Sequence record: NC_049438.1
From: Acinetobacter phage vB_ApiM_fHyAci03
DNA length: 64,000 nucleotides
Reading direction: 5' to 3' (one strand)
Shown: piece after piece, positions 8,603 to 15,920 of the stretch
How positions within the stretch are numbered: the stretch's first letter is position 1
Layout of the letters: each line of letters begins with the position of its first letter
Position numbers and translations under genes: made by a program
The notes under the pieces: generated by a model
Database searches by the model: none
What the model was told of the DNA's origin: nothing
The model's input: only the letters and a program-made list of their open reading frames with translations

Positions 8603-8863
8603 TTAGTCACCGTATGTGCCATATTTCAAATACGCTTCATGATTTGCATCGCCTTGATCTCGAATTGCTATAGACAATTGTTCAGCAATGTAATCTTCAT
8701 CTGCCTCGTTTTCTGCTTGACAAGTGATCCAATAATCACTAACACATCCGAGCTCGGTGCCAAGTTCTTTAAGCACTTCAATGACTTCATTTGGATCATT
8801 GTACTCAATCAAATAATTATAATGATCTGTAGATTCAGTTACTAAATGGACGGATACAAACAT
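8603..8863 (-). CDS. hypothetical acidic protein (86 aa)
   Basis: ORF track. Confidence 0.4.
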   Translation of the reverse strand: MFVSVHLVTESTDHYNYLIEYNDPNEVIEVLKELGTELGCVSDYWITCQAENEADEDYIAEQLSIAIRDQGDANHEAYLKYGTYGD

Positions 8864-8866
8864 ACT

Positions 8867-9340
8867 TTACTCCAATGTGATAGATTTAACAGATAGAACG
8901 CGATAATGGCAAATGTCAAAGAAGAACATACCTTGAAACGAACTAACATTTTTATGTAGGTTCAGGATACCATACTGAACTTTCATGTCACGTGTATTCA
9001 GAACTTTTGCGAGATATTGACCATCAGGCAGGTTTAACGCCTTTCTAGACATAAGAGTCTCACATTCAAACACTTTGTCAATTTGCGGTTCAGGAATTTC
9101 AAAATCAATATCAAATGACATTTTTACAGACTTCATGTTCCACCGATAAATGGCTTCATCTGTGACCGCATTAACAAATGCAGGATCAAACAAATTTTTA
9201 TCAATAATTTTGATTGGCACTTCTGAATCATCTTCTAATATTGCGGTGAATTCAATAAGGCTCTTACCTGAGTGTTTGTTATACAATTCAGATATTGTGT
9301 ATGAATCAGAAGGAGCGAATTCTTGTGTTATTTTAGCCAT
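8867..9340 (-). CDS. hypothetical protein (about 157 aa from the internal Met with an RBS; the track ORF extends to 9397)
   Basis: ATG at 9340 preceded by GGGAGC; MAKITQEF... Confidence 0.4.
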   Translation of the reverse strand: MAKITQEFAPSDSYTISELYNKHSGKSLIEFTAILEDDSEVPIKIIDKNLFDPAFVNAVTDEAIYRWNMKSVKMSFDIDFEIPEPQIDKVFECETLMSRKALNLPDGQYLAKVLNTRDMKVQYGILNLHKNVSSFQGMFFFDICHYRVLSVKSITLE

Positions 9341-9496
9341 AACAATATGCTCCCGAATAAAAATAATAACGTGCCAAGAATCAATTGTTGCTTGCACAGG
9401 TTCAAATCTTTTCCACGAGTAACAAATACGCCGTGGACAATAAGGATTATTCCAATGTACATACCTAAAATATATGTGAAAGCATCTATTGACATA

Positions 9497-10129
9497 TTAC
9501 ATACCTTTGAGTGCACAGAACTCTACAGCTTCTACAAATTCTTTATCATCTTTAATTGACATATTATTTGCAGCGCATACTGGCAATAATTCTTTGAATC
9601 GTGGATCATTACGATACTCAGTACCTTCATAGTTTTCTACTATTTTAGGGTAAACTGTGTTAAATCGATCTTCTGAATTAAAGTTTGCCTCTTCTTCTGC
9701 TGATAACTCTAGGCCTTGTCCGGGCTCGTCAGCACGTGGAATTTTATGTCGCTGTGCTTCTGGTATAACTGAATAGTTTCTTAAAGAATTAGTTGCACAT
9801 TCTCTGACATTTGCCTGGTATTCGGATAGAACAGTCGAGCCATAGTCAGTTGATGTGTCAATATTCGACAGCATACTGTCATAATTCTTACCGCAATAGT
9901 AGATAGCTTTAAATCCATTTGTGCCATAACGTTCAGCTAAGTCATATTCCCAGTCGAATTCTAAATCGAATCCTTGGATATTGCCATCGACTTTAGACAA
10001 GTCAACGTATGCTTTATTTGTTTGATGTGTAGGAAGTGGCACTGTACCAACATCTGATTCTTTAGATAAACTAGGCTCTGAACATCCTACTAATCCGATA
10101 ATTGATGCTACAATGAATAACTTTTTCAT
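9497..10129 (-). CDS. lipoprotein (210 aa)
   Basis: MKKLFIVASIIGLVGC signal peptide with lipobox. Confidence 0.5.
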   Translation of the reverse strand: MKKLFIVASIIGLVGCSEPSLSKESDVGTVPLPTHQTNKAYVDLSKVDGNIQGFDLEFDWEYDLAERYGTNGFKAIYYCGKNYDSMLSNIDTSTDYGSTVLSEYQANVRECATNSLRNYSVIPEAQRHKIPRADEPGQGLELSAEEEANFNSEDRFNTVYPKIVENYEGTEYRNDPRFKELLPVCAANNMSIKDDKEFVEAVEFCALKGM

Positions 10130-10205
10130 GGTTATCTCTTTTGTGTATTTGATAGTTTAATTATACCAAACTTAATTGTAGATGTAAATAGTTTTGACAA
10201 AAAAA

Positions 10206-10230
10206 TAGGACTCAATTGAGTCCTATTTTG
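10206..10230. terminator. terminator hairpin taggactc-aatt-gagtccta plus T-run, followed by a second hairpin cctgatg-N7-catcagg
   Basis: Perfect 8-bp stem and ttttg; precedes the 3' end of tRNA-Trp. Confidence 0.5.
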
Positions 10231-10279
10231 CCTGATGGTAAGTTCATCAGGTCTTACAAGCCCTTAAAGGAACTTAATC

Positions 10280-10354
10280 TGGCAGGCCGTCTTCGATTTG
10301 AACGAAGATTAACGGAGTTGGAGTCCGTCGTGGTACCAATTACACTAACGACCT
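10280..10354 (-). tRNA. tRNA-Trp (anticodon CCA), CCA end encoded
   Basis: Manual cloverleaf: acceptor aggtcgt/acggcct (one G-U), D-loop with GG, anticodon stem acgga/tccgt, loop ctCCAac, T-arm cttcg-ttcaaat-cgaag, discriminator G, CCA; the plus-strand ORF 10216..10452 overlaps it and is spurious. Confidence 0.8.
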
Positions 10355-10443
10355 GTGGCGGAAAGCAATGTAGTCGAAACATAACCGAATTAACGGTCCA
10401 CTCGCTTAGCAGGCGGTGCCAATCACCTTATTGGTTTACTTTC

Positions 10444-10719
10444 CTACATTAAACATAATGATGTGACAAGCCATTGATTTTGGCGTCGCATATTATCAGT
10501 GAGGCGGCGAGAACGTTCTTCATCTTCTTTGCGACGTTTTTCCCGCTCAGCCTCTTGTCTTGCAATTCTTTTACGTGTCTCTTCTTCAATTGATCGTTCA
10601 CTATGGCCGCTATATCGTGGAAATCCAGTGCTATACGAAGGTGAATCAAAACCTGTTCCATTACGCATTGCCATTTCATTCATGCGTCTTGAGAAATCAA
10701 CATATTGAGAAACGCTCAT
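10444..10719 (-). CDS. Arg/Glu-rich small basic protein (91 aa) embedded between tRNA genes
   Basis: ORF track; strong RBS GGAGGAAAT before the ATG; RKRIARQEAEREKRRKEDEERSRR charged tract. Confidence 0.45.
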   Translation of the reverse strand: MSVSQYVDFSRRMNEMAMRNGTGFDSPSYSTGFPRYSGHSERSIEEETRKRIARQEAEREKRRKEDEERSRRLTDNMRRQNQWLVTSLCLM

Positions 10720-10736
10720 ATTTCCTCCAAGGAATA

Positions 10737-10812
10737 TGGTGGAGTGTGATGGAATTGCACCATCCTAATCCTGCTCTTCAGGCAAGCGCTAATCTATCTC
10801 AGCTAACACTCC
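10737..10812 (-). tRNA. tRNA-Phe (anticodon GAA), CCA encoded
   Basis: Acceptor ggagtgt/acactcc, D-arm gctgagatagattagc, anticodon loop ctGAAga, T-arm gatgg-tgcaatt-ccatc, ACCA. Confidence 0.8.
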
Positions 10813-10821
10813 AAAAGTAAA

Positions 10822-10898
10822 TGGTCTCCGTAAAATGATTTGAACATTTGACCCTTCGCTCCCAAAGCGAATGCTCTACCAGGCTGAGCTATACGGAG
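10822..10898 (-). tRNA. tRNA-Pro (anticodon UGG), CCA encoded
   Basis: Acceptor ctccgta/tacggag, D-arm gctc-agcctggta-gagc, anticodon stem ttcgc/gcgaa, loop ttTGGga, T-arm aaatg-ttcaaat-cattt. Confidence 0.8.
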
Positions 10899-10903
10899 TT
10901 AAA

Positions 10904-10994
10904 TGGCGGAAGGTGAGAGGATCGAACTCTCAAGGCTTTTACACTCGACTGTTTTCAAGACAGTTCCCATCGCCGGCCGTTGGGTTGACCTTCC
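10904..10994 (-). tRNA. tRNA-Ser (anticodon UGA), type II with long variable arm, CCA encoded
   Basis: 91 nt; acceptor ggaaggt/accttcc, anticodon stem actgt/acagt, loop ctTGAaa, variable stem-loop, T-arm with ttcgatc. Confidence 0.75.
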
Positions 10995-11097
10995 AGTATT
11001 TCAACGTCGCACTTAAGGTAGCGTATCACCCTTTTAAACATTGACGACCTAAGAACGTTTACACCGACAAGGCGACTTAGGGCCCTTTACGTCAATT

Positions 11098-11176
11098 TGG
11101 CTCCCCATCTGGGTAACGATCCCAGCTAACCACGGATTAACAGTCCGGCCCATGCACCATGCTCGGGTTCTGAGGA
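11098..11176 (-). ncRNA. tRNA-like element (79 nt) with anticodon-arm GUU (Asn-like) and CCA end but non-canonical T-loop and 6/7 acceptor pairing
   Basis: Acceptor tcctcag/atgggga, D-stem cccg/tggg with 11-nt loop, anticodon stem cgga/tccg, loop ctGTTaa, T-arm ctggg-atcgtta-cccag, GCCA; coordinates +-2. Confidence 0.35.
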
Positions 11177-11183
11177 ATAAAGT

Positions 11184-11268
11184 TGGAACCGCAAGGAGGA
11201 ATCGAACCTCTCACTTCCTTCCCACTTTTTAAGTATCTGCTTAGAAGGCAGATGTGGGGACATGCGGC
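11184..11268 (-). ncRNA. tRNA-like element (about 85 nt) with canonical T-arm and CCA but no clear D-arm
   Basis: T-arm agagg-ttcgatt-cctcc, 3' ttgcggt-t-cca, 5' gccgcat pairs 6/7; internal hairpin tctgc-cttctaa-gcaga (UCU-like loop); could be a type II tRNA or a stable tRNA-like RNA. Confidence 0.3.
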
Positions 11269-11282
11269 TTAAATTCTTAAAG

Positions 11283-11353
11283 TTCTGGCACGAGGAATCG
11301 AACCTCGGTGACTGGAGTACAAAACCAGCATAATACCACTATATGATGCCAGA
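11283..11353 (-). tRNA. tRNA-Thr (anticodon UGU), CCA not encoded
   Basis: Acceptor tctggca/tgccaga perfect, D-arm atat-agtggta-ttat, anticodon stem ctggt/tccag (one U-U), loop ttTGTac, T-arm cgagg-ttcgatt-cctcg, discriminator A then ctt (no CCA); alternative reading as Gln(UUG) is less consistent. Confidence 0.6.
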
Positions 11354-11374
11354 ACTTTAAAAACTTGATAATGT

Positions 11375-11382
11375 TATTTATA
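11375..11382 (-). promoter_or_regulatory. T4-type late promoter box TATAAATA upstream of tRNA cluster 1
   Basis: Plus strand reads tatttata; about 22 nt upstream of the tRNA-Thr 5' end on the minus strand. Confidence 0.4.
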
Positions 11383-11666
11383 TAACCATAAAGGCACCGT
11401 CATGACCACTCATCAAGAACACAGTGAGTTAAAACTTTTTGTGATGAGATTAATAAGGTTTGATCGAAAACATTTGAACTCTGCTAAATAAAAACTTTGA
11501 TCTTTAAGATTTTAGCTTTGAACTTTAGCCTTGGGATAATGTACAGGATTCGCGCTCGGAAACCTATATCATTATCAAAGTTCTATAACCTTAGAAGTTA
11601 GCCGGATTTAGGAATACCGGCTCGAACCCTCTACAGTTTTTGATCATGACGATTAAAATTTACCTA

Positions 11667-12233
11667 TCAGTCGATAACGATTGTAGGATTTGTTTCAGTT
11701 AAAATTGCATCGAATTCAAGATCGAAGAAATCAATTGTAGATTTGAGCTCATCAATTTGTTCTTGAATTTCCATAATTGTAGGTTTTTCTCGTTTTTCCA
11801 TTAATTGCTTGAGCTCATCATCATGTGCGGCTTTAGACAATTTAACTTCATAATCACGTTCGATGTTAGCAAATGTAGCACGAGCACTAGCTAGCTCTTT
11901 AACTAAACGTGTATACAAAGCTTTAAGTCGAGGTAAAATATGTGTACGATACGTTAATGCATCGTTGATAGACATTTGTTCTTTGCCTACGGTTACCATC
12001 GTTTCAAAATTTGCTTTATTGACCTTTTTGCGAAGATCGAATTCTGCATCAAGTTTGTCTTTAATCGATTGAATGTTTTTGCGAGATTTGTCAACAAATT
12101 CAGCAGTTTTGATTCCAGTGCTAATCTCTACACCATTACGGAATACACCACAGAATGTCATTTCACGAAGATTTTCGTCGAAAGACACTTTGTTGCGTTT
12201 AAGTGTTACTAATGCACGAGCGATGGTAGTCAT
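11667..12233 (-). CDS. hypothetical coiled-coil protein (188 aa)
   Basis: ORF track; heptad-rich middle region. Confidence 0.45.
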   Translation of the reverse strand: MTTIARALVTLKRNKVSFDENLREMTFCGVFRNGVEISTGIKTAEFVDKSRKNIQSIKDKLDAEFDLRKKVNKANFETMVTVGKEQMSINDALTYRTHILPRLKALYTRLVKELASARATFANIERDYEVKLSKAAHDDELKQLMEKREKPTIMEIQEQIDELKSTIDFFDLEFDAILTETNPTIVID

Positions 12234-12309
12234 TCAAATTTCCTCTAATCAAAATAATCTTTAATTTATGTAGTTAATTATATAACATAAATCATTAAAA
12301 AGCTTTGCT

Positions 12310-12546
12310 TTACGAATAAGTTTGTGTTGGTTCATAAAATAAACGTTCTTTCAACATTCTATCGAGCTTTGCAATTGCGGCAGATCGATTAAGGTACTGT
12401 GAACGTTTATTTGCACTTTCAGCAATTAAACCAGTCGGTAAATGAGTAACACGTACTGCATTAAAGGGGCGATTGACCCATCGACGTGCACCACTTGTTC
12501 TATACTCATCAATTCTCAATTCACTGGGTTTGAATGAATAATCCAT
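12310..12546 (-). CDS. class I release factor / ArfB-like GGQ-domain homolog with GGQ motif replaced (78 aa)
   Basis: ELRIDEYRTSGARRWVNRPFNAVRVTHLPTGLIAESANKRSQYLNRSAAIAKL aligns with RF1 [53 protein letters not shown]; the GGQ position reads ARRW. Confidence 0.65.
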   Translation of the reverse strand: MDYSFKPSELRIDEYRTSGARRWVNRPFNAVRVTHLPTGLIAESANKRSQYLNRSAAIAKLDRMLKERLFYEPTQTYS

Positions 12547-12559
12547 ATCAATATTCTCA

Positions 12560-12802
12560 TTACTTCAATTTAATTTTGGCTTCAAATACGTAGCGATAAT
12601 TGTTATCACATAATATTTCAGCTCGTTCATATGTTGTGGCCATTCGCAATACTGCTCCAGTATATGAAACGATTGCAAAAACACAATCAGTTGAATCCGG
12701 TGATGCGATATCACCAACTTTAAAACGAAGTTTTCTATAAGTATATTTATCATCATACTTACATAAGAATTTGGCTAAACTTAACGAGAATGTGAATCTC
12801 AT
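12560..12802 (-). CDS. hypothetical protein (80 aa)
   Basis: ORF track. Confidence 0.4.
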   Translation of the reverse strand: MRFTFSLSLAKFLCKYDDKYTYRKLRFKVGDIASPDSTDCVFAIVSYTGAVLRMATTYERAEILCDNNYRYVFEAKIKLK

Positions 12803-12907
12803 AACTTTACCGTCTTCGTTAAAAATTCCATAGATGCTTCGTTGAGAAGTTTTATCTATGCAGTTTCGACAGATCTAATGTTTCATATTTATCCTCATTA
12901 AATTAAA

Positions 12908-12985
12908 TGGTACATGACCTCGGACTCGAACCGAGAGGCTCTTGTTTCTAAGACAAGAAGGTATACCAATTCCCGTCAGTCATGC
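12908..12985 (-). tRNA. tRNA with anticodon UAG (Leu, reads CUN) but short variable arm; CCA encoded
   Basis: Acceptor gcatgac/gtcatgt (G1-U72), anticodon stem cttgt/acaag (extendable to 7 bp), loop ctTAGaa, variable agcct, T-arm ctcgg-ttcgagt-ccgag, discriminator A (Leu identity), CCA. Confidence 0.55.
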
Positions 12986-12986
12986 A

Positions 12987-13062
12987 TGGTGGATACTGGG
13001 AGTGCTCGCACCTCCAATCAACTACGTTGTCCGCTGCTTTACTATTTAAGCTAACAGTACCC
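12987..13062 (-). ncRNA. tRNA-like element (76 nt): perfect 7-bp acceptor stem plus ACCA but no recognisable anticodon arm or T-loop
   Basis: 5' gggtact / 3' agtatcc-a-cca, D-like stem gctt/aagc; internal region gcgagca instead of TTCRA; 1 nt from tRNA-Leu. Confidence 0.3.
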
Positions 13063-13064
13063 AA

Positions 13065-13140
13065 TGGAGACGTCGACTGGACTTGAACCAGCATCGTCAC
13101 GGATTTGCAATCCGTCGTATAACCATTCTACCACAACGTC
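13065..13140 (-). tRNA. tRNA-Cys (anticodon GCA), CCA encoded
   Basis: Acceptor gacgttg/cgacgtc (one U-G), anticodon stem acgga/tccgt, loop ttGCAaa, T-arm gctgg-ttcaagt-ccagt, discriminator U73 (Cys identity), CCA. Confidence 0.8.
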
Positions 13141-13147
13141 TTAAACT

Positions 13148-13222
13148 TGGTGGGCCCAGGGAATTTCGAAATCCCAACCTTCAGATTATGAGTCTGCTGC
13201 TCTACCATTGAGCTACACGAGT
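13148..13222 (-). ncRNA. tRNA-like with canonical D-arm, anticodon arm (CAU: Met/Ile2-like) and T-arm but a non-complementary acceptor stem; possible pseudo-tRNA
   Basis: ta-gctc-aatggta-gagc-a, gcaga-ctCATaa-tctga, gggat-ttcgaaa-ttccc, then tgggccc-a-cca which does not pair with 5' actcgtg. Confidence 0.4.
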
Positions 13223-13230
13223 ATAAAAGT

Positions 13231-13288
13231 AACTTTTTAATATCAGCATCTATTAATTGATATTAAAAAGTTACCTCAATTAAGAGGT
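13231..13288. other. two stem-loops: perfect 14-bp AT-rich inverted repeat aactttttaatatc/gatattaaaaagtt with 14-nt loop, then acctc-aattaa-gaggt
   Basis: Read directly; between the ORF 13307..13582 stop and the 5' end of tRNA cluster 2; processing or termination signal candidate. Confidence 0.4.
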
Positions 13289-13306
13289 AACCCGAGGTAA
13301 TTCAAA

Positions 13307-13555
13307 TTATTGAACCAAACCTAATTGAGCAGCTTCTTCATAATCCGATTGTTCGATAGCATCTAAGATCGTATCAAATGATTCATCAACAATAGTTTGA
13401 ATGACTTGTCCATTTCGAGCTTCAAATGTTACAGCTACTAAGCCGTTTTCATATTGTAAGAGGCCAATGATTTTAGCAGCATCAAGAACAAAACGGCTAA
13501 CATTTGTGTTTTGTTCAACAGCGCGAGATACAGTAAGAGCAATGCGAGTAGCCAT
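13307..13555 (-). CDS. hypothetical small protein (82 aa from ATG 13555; the track ORF starts at an upstream TTG 13582)
   Basis: ORF track; MATRIALTVSRAVE... no motif. Confidence 0.4.
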   Translation of the reverse strand: MATRIALTVSRAVEQNTNVSRFVLDAAKIIGLLQYENGLVAVTFEARNGQVIQTIVDESFDTILDAIEQSDYEEAAQLGLVQ

Positions 13556-13588
13556 GATGTTTTCCTTTAAGGTTGAGTACAAAAATAT

Positions 13589-13804
13589 TTATTCAGCAGT
13601 TTTTGAACGTTTTTCAATAATTGCTGAGATTAATGCAAAAATCATTGAGATTGAAATAAATTTTAAAGATGTTAATCCTAAAGCTTTAATTTCAGCATTA
13701 GTCATGAATATACCGAATACTGCAGTAGTCAATGCAATTACCATGCCAACGAAAAAGATCCAATAGGCAGAAGTTTCAAAAAATTCAATAACTTTAGCAT
13801 TCAT
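13589..13804 (-). CDS. small two-TM membrane protein (71 aa)
   Basis: WIFFVGMVIALTTAVFGIFM and ISISMIFALISAII hydrophobic segments. Confidence 0.4.
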   Translation of the reverse strand: MNAKVIEFFETSAYWIFFVGMVIALTTAVFGIFMTNAEIKALGLTSLKFISISMIFALISAIIEKRSKTAE

Positions 13805-13890
13805 GATAATTTACTCAATGATTTATTTGATAAAACTATAATAACACAATTAATTTGCAATGTAAACTGCTTTATGAAATAATTTTCAAA

Positions 13891-14346
13891 TTATGCAGTC
13901 CACTCTAAATCAAGATCTTGTACATATTCACTTGCAGCAATAATCGGGTTGCTAATGAAATCTGCCTTTGGTAACTCACGTTGTCCAATATCATATGATA
14001 ATGTAACATGTGGTTGATAGTCAGGAAAATCATAAGTTGCACCTAATGCCATTGCATATTTAAAGCGCTCATGAAGATAATCTGAATCAATGAGTATAAC
14101 AAGAGCTCGTTCACCTGTTTTAGTGTCAAAAACCTTTAACTTACCGGTGACACCAATTTGTTCGCCTATCAACTGTGGCTGATAAGGAATTTTCACCCGA
14201 GAATATGCAATTGTGCAATGCAATTTGTCTCGCGGGACAGGCTTGTAGAGATCCAATGATTTTTGGATCTCTTGTAACAAGTCTAATGTTTCATCAGCGA
14301 AATTGATTGCGGCATAAGTACCTTTGCCAACTTCACTTAGTTTCAT
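13891..14346 (-). CDS. 57B: 2H phosphoesterase (LigT-like) family protein; positional equivalent of T4 57B
   Basis: Two H-x-T/S-x motifs (HCTIAYS, HVTLSY); 151 aa (T4 57B is 152 aa) directly downstream of 57A. Confidence 0.55.
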   Translation of the reverse strand: MKLSEVGKGTYAAINFADETLDLLQEIQKSLDLYKPVPRDKLHCTIAYSRVKIPYQPQLIGEQIGVTGKLKVFDTKTGERALVILIDSDYLHERFKYAMALGATYDFPDYQPHVTLSYDIGQRELPKADFISNPIIAASEYVQDLDLEWTA

Positions 14347-14585
14347 TATTCAGCCTCTGGTTCAGCTTTGGCTTCTTCATCACCAACAGCAAGACCAGCT
14401 ACAGCTTGAACGATTGTATCTAATTCAAGGTTGCCGGTTTCATCCGGTTGCAAACCTAAAATTTGTGCAATAGATTGAAGTGTTTGAGATAATTGTTGAT
14501 TGTGCTGATGAAGCGCCTGATTAGCTTCGATAGCATCTAACAATTTTGCTTTAGTTTCAAGTAATGTTTGGTTAACGTCTGTCAT
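14346..14585 (-). CDS. 57A: gp57A-like tail fiber assembly chaperone (79 aa, coiled coil, acidic C-terminus)
   Basis: Same length as T4 gp57A (79 aa), coiled-coil and acidic tail, position between 57B and gene 1. Confidence 0.55.
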   Translation of the reverse strand: MTDVNQTLLETKAKLLDAIEANQALHQHNQQLSQTLQSIAQILGLQPDETGNLELDTIVQAVAGLAVGDEEAKAEPEAE

Positions 14586-15309
14586 TTTGTAATACCTCTG
14601 TGTGAAATAAATTCGAAATTTTCTGTTTAAATTCCTCTAATGTTCCATCATTATGGATGACTGGATCACCTGGTTGCCGTTGAAGTCCTGCTTCAGTAAT
14701 GTGATTGTCTGCATTAGTGTTAGTATTTATACTATCACGCTCTACAAAAATTAATCGTGCGTTGATGAAACGCATAAAATCAATTTCATGTTGTTGACGA
14801 ATGTCTGTGACAATAAAAATCTTCGCGCCATTTGCAAATTCGGTGATGTACTGATTCATCATTAAACGAAGCCAGAAATATTTGTCATAGTGTTCACAAA
14901 CAAGATCTGTGCCTAAAATTTGCATAAGTCTGCGAACTGTCCACGGCTCTATATTTCTATTGATGCTATTAAAAACACTCAAATAACTTTCGAAACCAGA
15001 GGTCAAGTTTTCACGAAGACCGTATTGCTCAATGAGAATTTTAATACATTTTCGAAGCCAATCATTTACATCAGAATTTGACAAAATCAACGGGGATTCT
15101 CTATCGTATGGAGAGTCGCCATTAAAATCAGCAAATGATAAGCTTAACCCAGACTTTGTTGAAAGATTCAATTCAGAATAGGTTTCAAATAATACCTTTT
15201 TGATGGGCAGAGCAAGTGCATATTTGACCGCACCTAGCTCTTCTACCATGTAATCAGCCATAGTGTCTTTGCCACTACGTTTCTTACCTACAATAGAAAC
15301 AATTGTCAT
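14572..15309 (-). CDS. 1: deoxynucleoside monophosphate kinase (T4 gp1)
   Basis: N-terminal P-loop IVGKKRSGKDT as in T4 gp1 (SGVKRSGKDT); 245 aa against 241. Confidence 0.8.
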   Translation of the reverse strand: MTIVSIVGKKRSGKDTMADYMVEELGAVKYALALPIKKVLFETYSELNLSTKSGLSLSFADFNGDSPYDRESPLILSNSDVNDWLRKCIKILIEQYGLRENLTSGFESYLSVFNSINRNIEPWTVRRLMQILGTDLVCEHYDKYFWLRLMMNQYITEFANGAKIFIVTDIRQQHEIDFMRFINARLIFVERDSINTNTNADNHITEAGLQRQPGDPVIHNDGTLEEFKQKISNLFHTEVLQNDRR

Positions 15310-15875
15310 AAGATTTCTCGTTTGCCGTTCATTAACATATCCGAAATACTTTTCCGTGTTTCTATTATAACACCATTTTTTTCTACAGTGAAGTAGCTAT
15401 ATTGAAAGGTTACGTTAGCAAAAATAGCCGGGTCTGATTCTTCTGTGTAATTGAATTCAAGGTCACCAATAACTTGTGGCCACGCGTCATGATAGTGAAT
15501 TGACATAAGTGGTGTCGTTTTATCATTAGATAATATGTGCAGTGTTATAAATTCTGGCAAGACACCAGGATTAGCACCATTATTGTCATGAGTTAGATAG
15601 TTATTGATTGATAGCATCCATGTATAAATGTCTGTCCATGCATCTAGATTTTCATCGATTAGCACGCGGCATACCAATGGCTCAAATTCAAATGTTGAAC
15701 CTGGGCGGTTAGCACGCCCGAGGCCTTTATTGCCTAGTGCCATATTGACTGTTGGTATACTGATACCTGGGATTAATGCAGATTGGACATTGAGTTTGAA
15801 AGCATCGGTGATTTTAGCATCAGGGATGTCCAATACAAAGTTAGTTATGTTAGTTTGGTTAAATTGTAGTGTCAT
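15306..15875 (-). CDS. 3: tail completion / sheath stabiliser protein gp3
   Basis: Position and size (189 aa) between genes 1 and 2 as in T4. Confidence 0.6.
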   Translation of the reverse strand: MTLQFNQTNITNFVLDIPDAKITDAFKLNVQSALIPGISIPTVNMALGNKGLGRANRPGSTFEFEPLVCRVLIDENLDAWTDIYTWMLSINNYLTHDNNGANPGVLPEFITLHILSNDKTTPLMSIHYHDAWPQVIGDLEFNYTEESDPAIFANVTFQYSYFTVEKNGVIIETRKSISDMLMNGKREIL

Positions 15876-15920
15876 AATGTGCCTTGTTTAAAATTTGATC
15901 ACTTAGCTTGTTAAGCCCTG

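Noticed and set aside
10355-10443. Possible additional tRNA or ncRNA upstream of tRNA-Trp
   Set aside because: No acceptor/T-arm pairing could be built, and the segment is the 3' coding end of ORF 10444..10719
10216-10452. Plus-strand 78-aa ORF in the tRNA region
   Set aside because: It is antisense to tRNA-Trp (10280..10354) and to the C-terminus of the minus-strand ORF 10444..10719; it is the GC-rich tRNA sequence giving an open frame by chance
10560-10820. Plus-strand 86-aa ORF overlapping tRNA-Phe
   Set aside because: Antisense to a real minus-strand ORF and a tRNA; no RBS
13307-13582. Call as T4 internal protein IPI
   Set aside because: Position is suggestive but I could not align it to IPI from memory or identify a convincing gp21 cleavage signal; left as hypothetical
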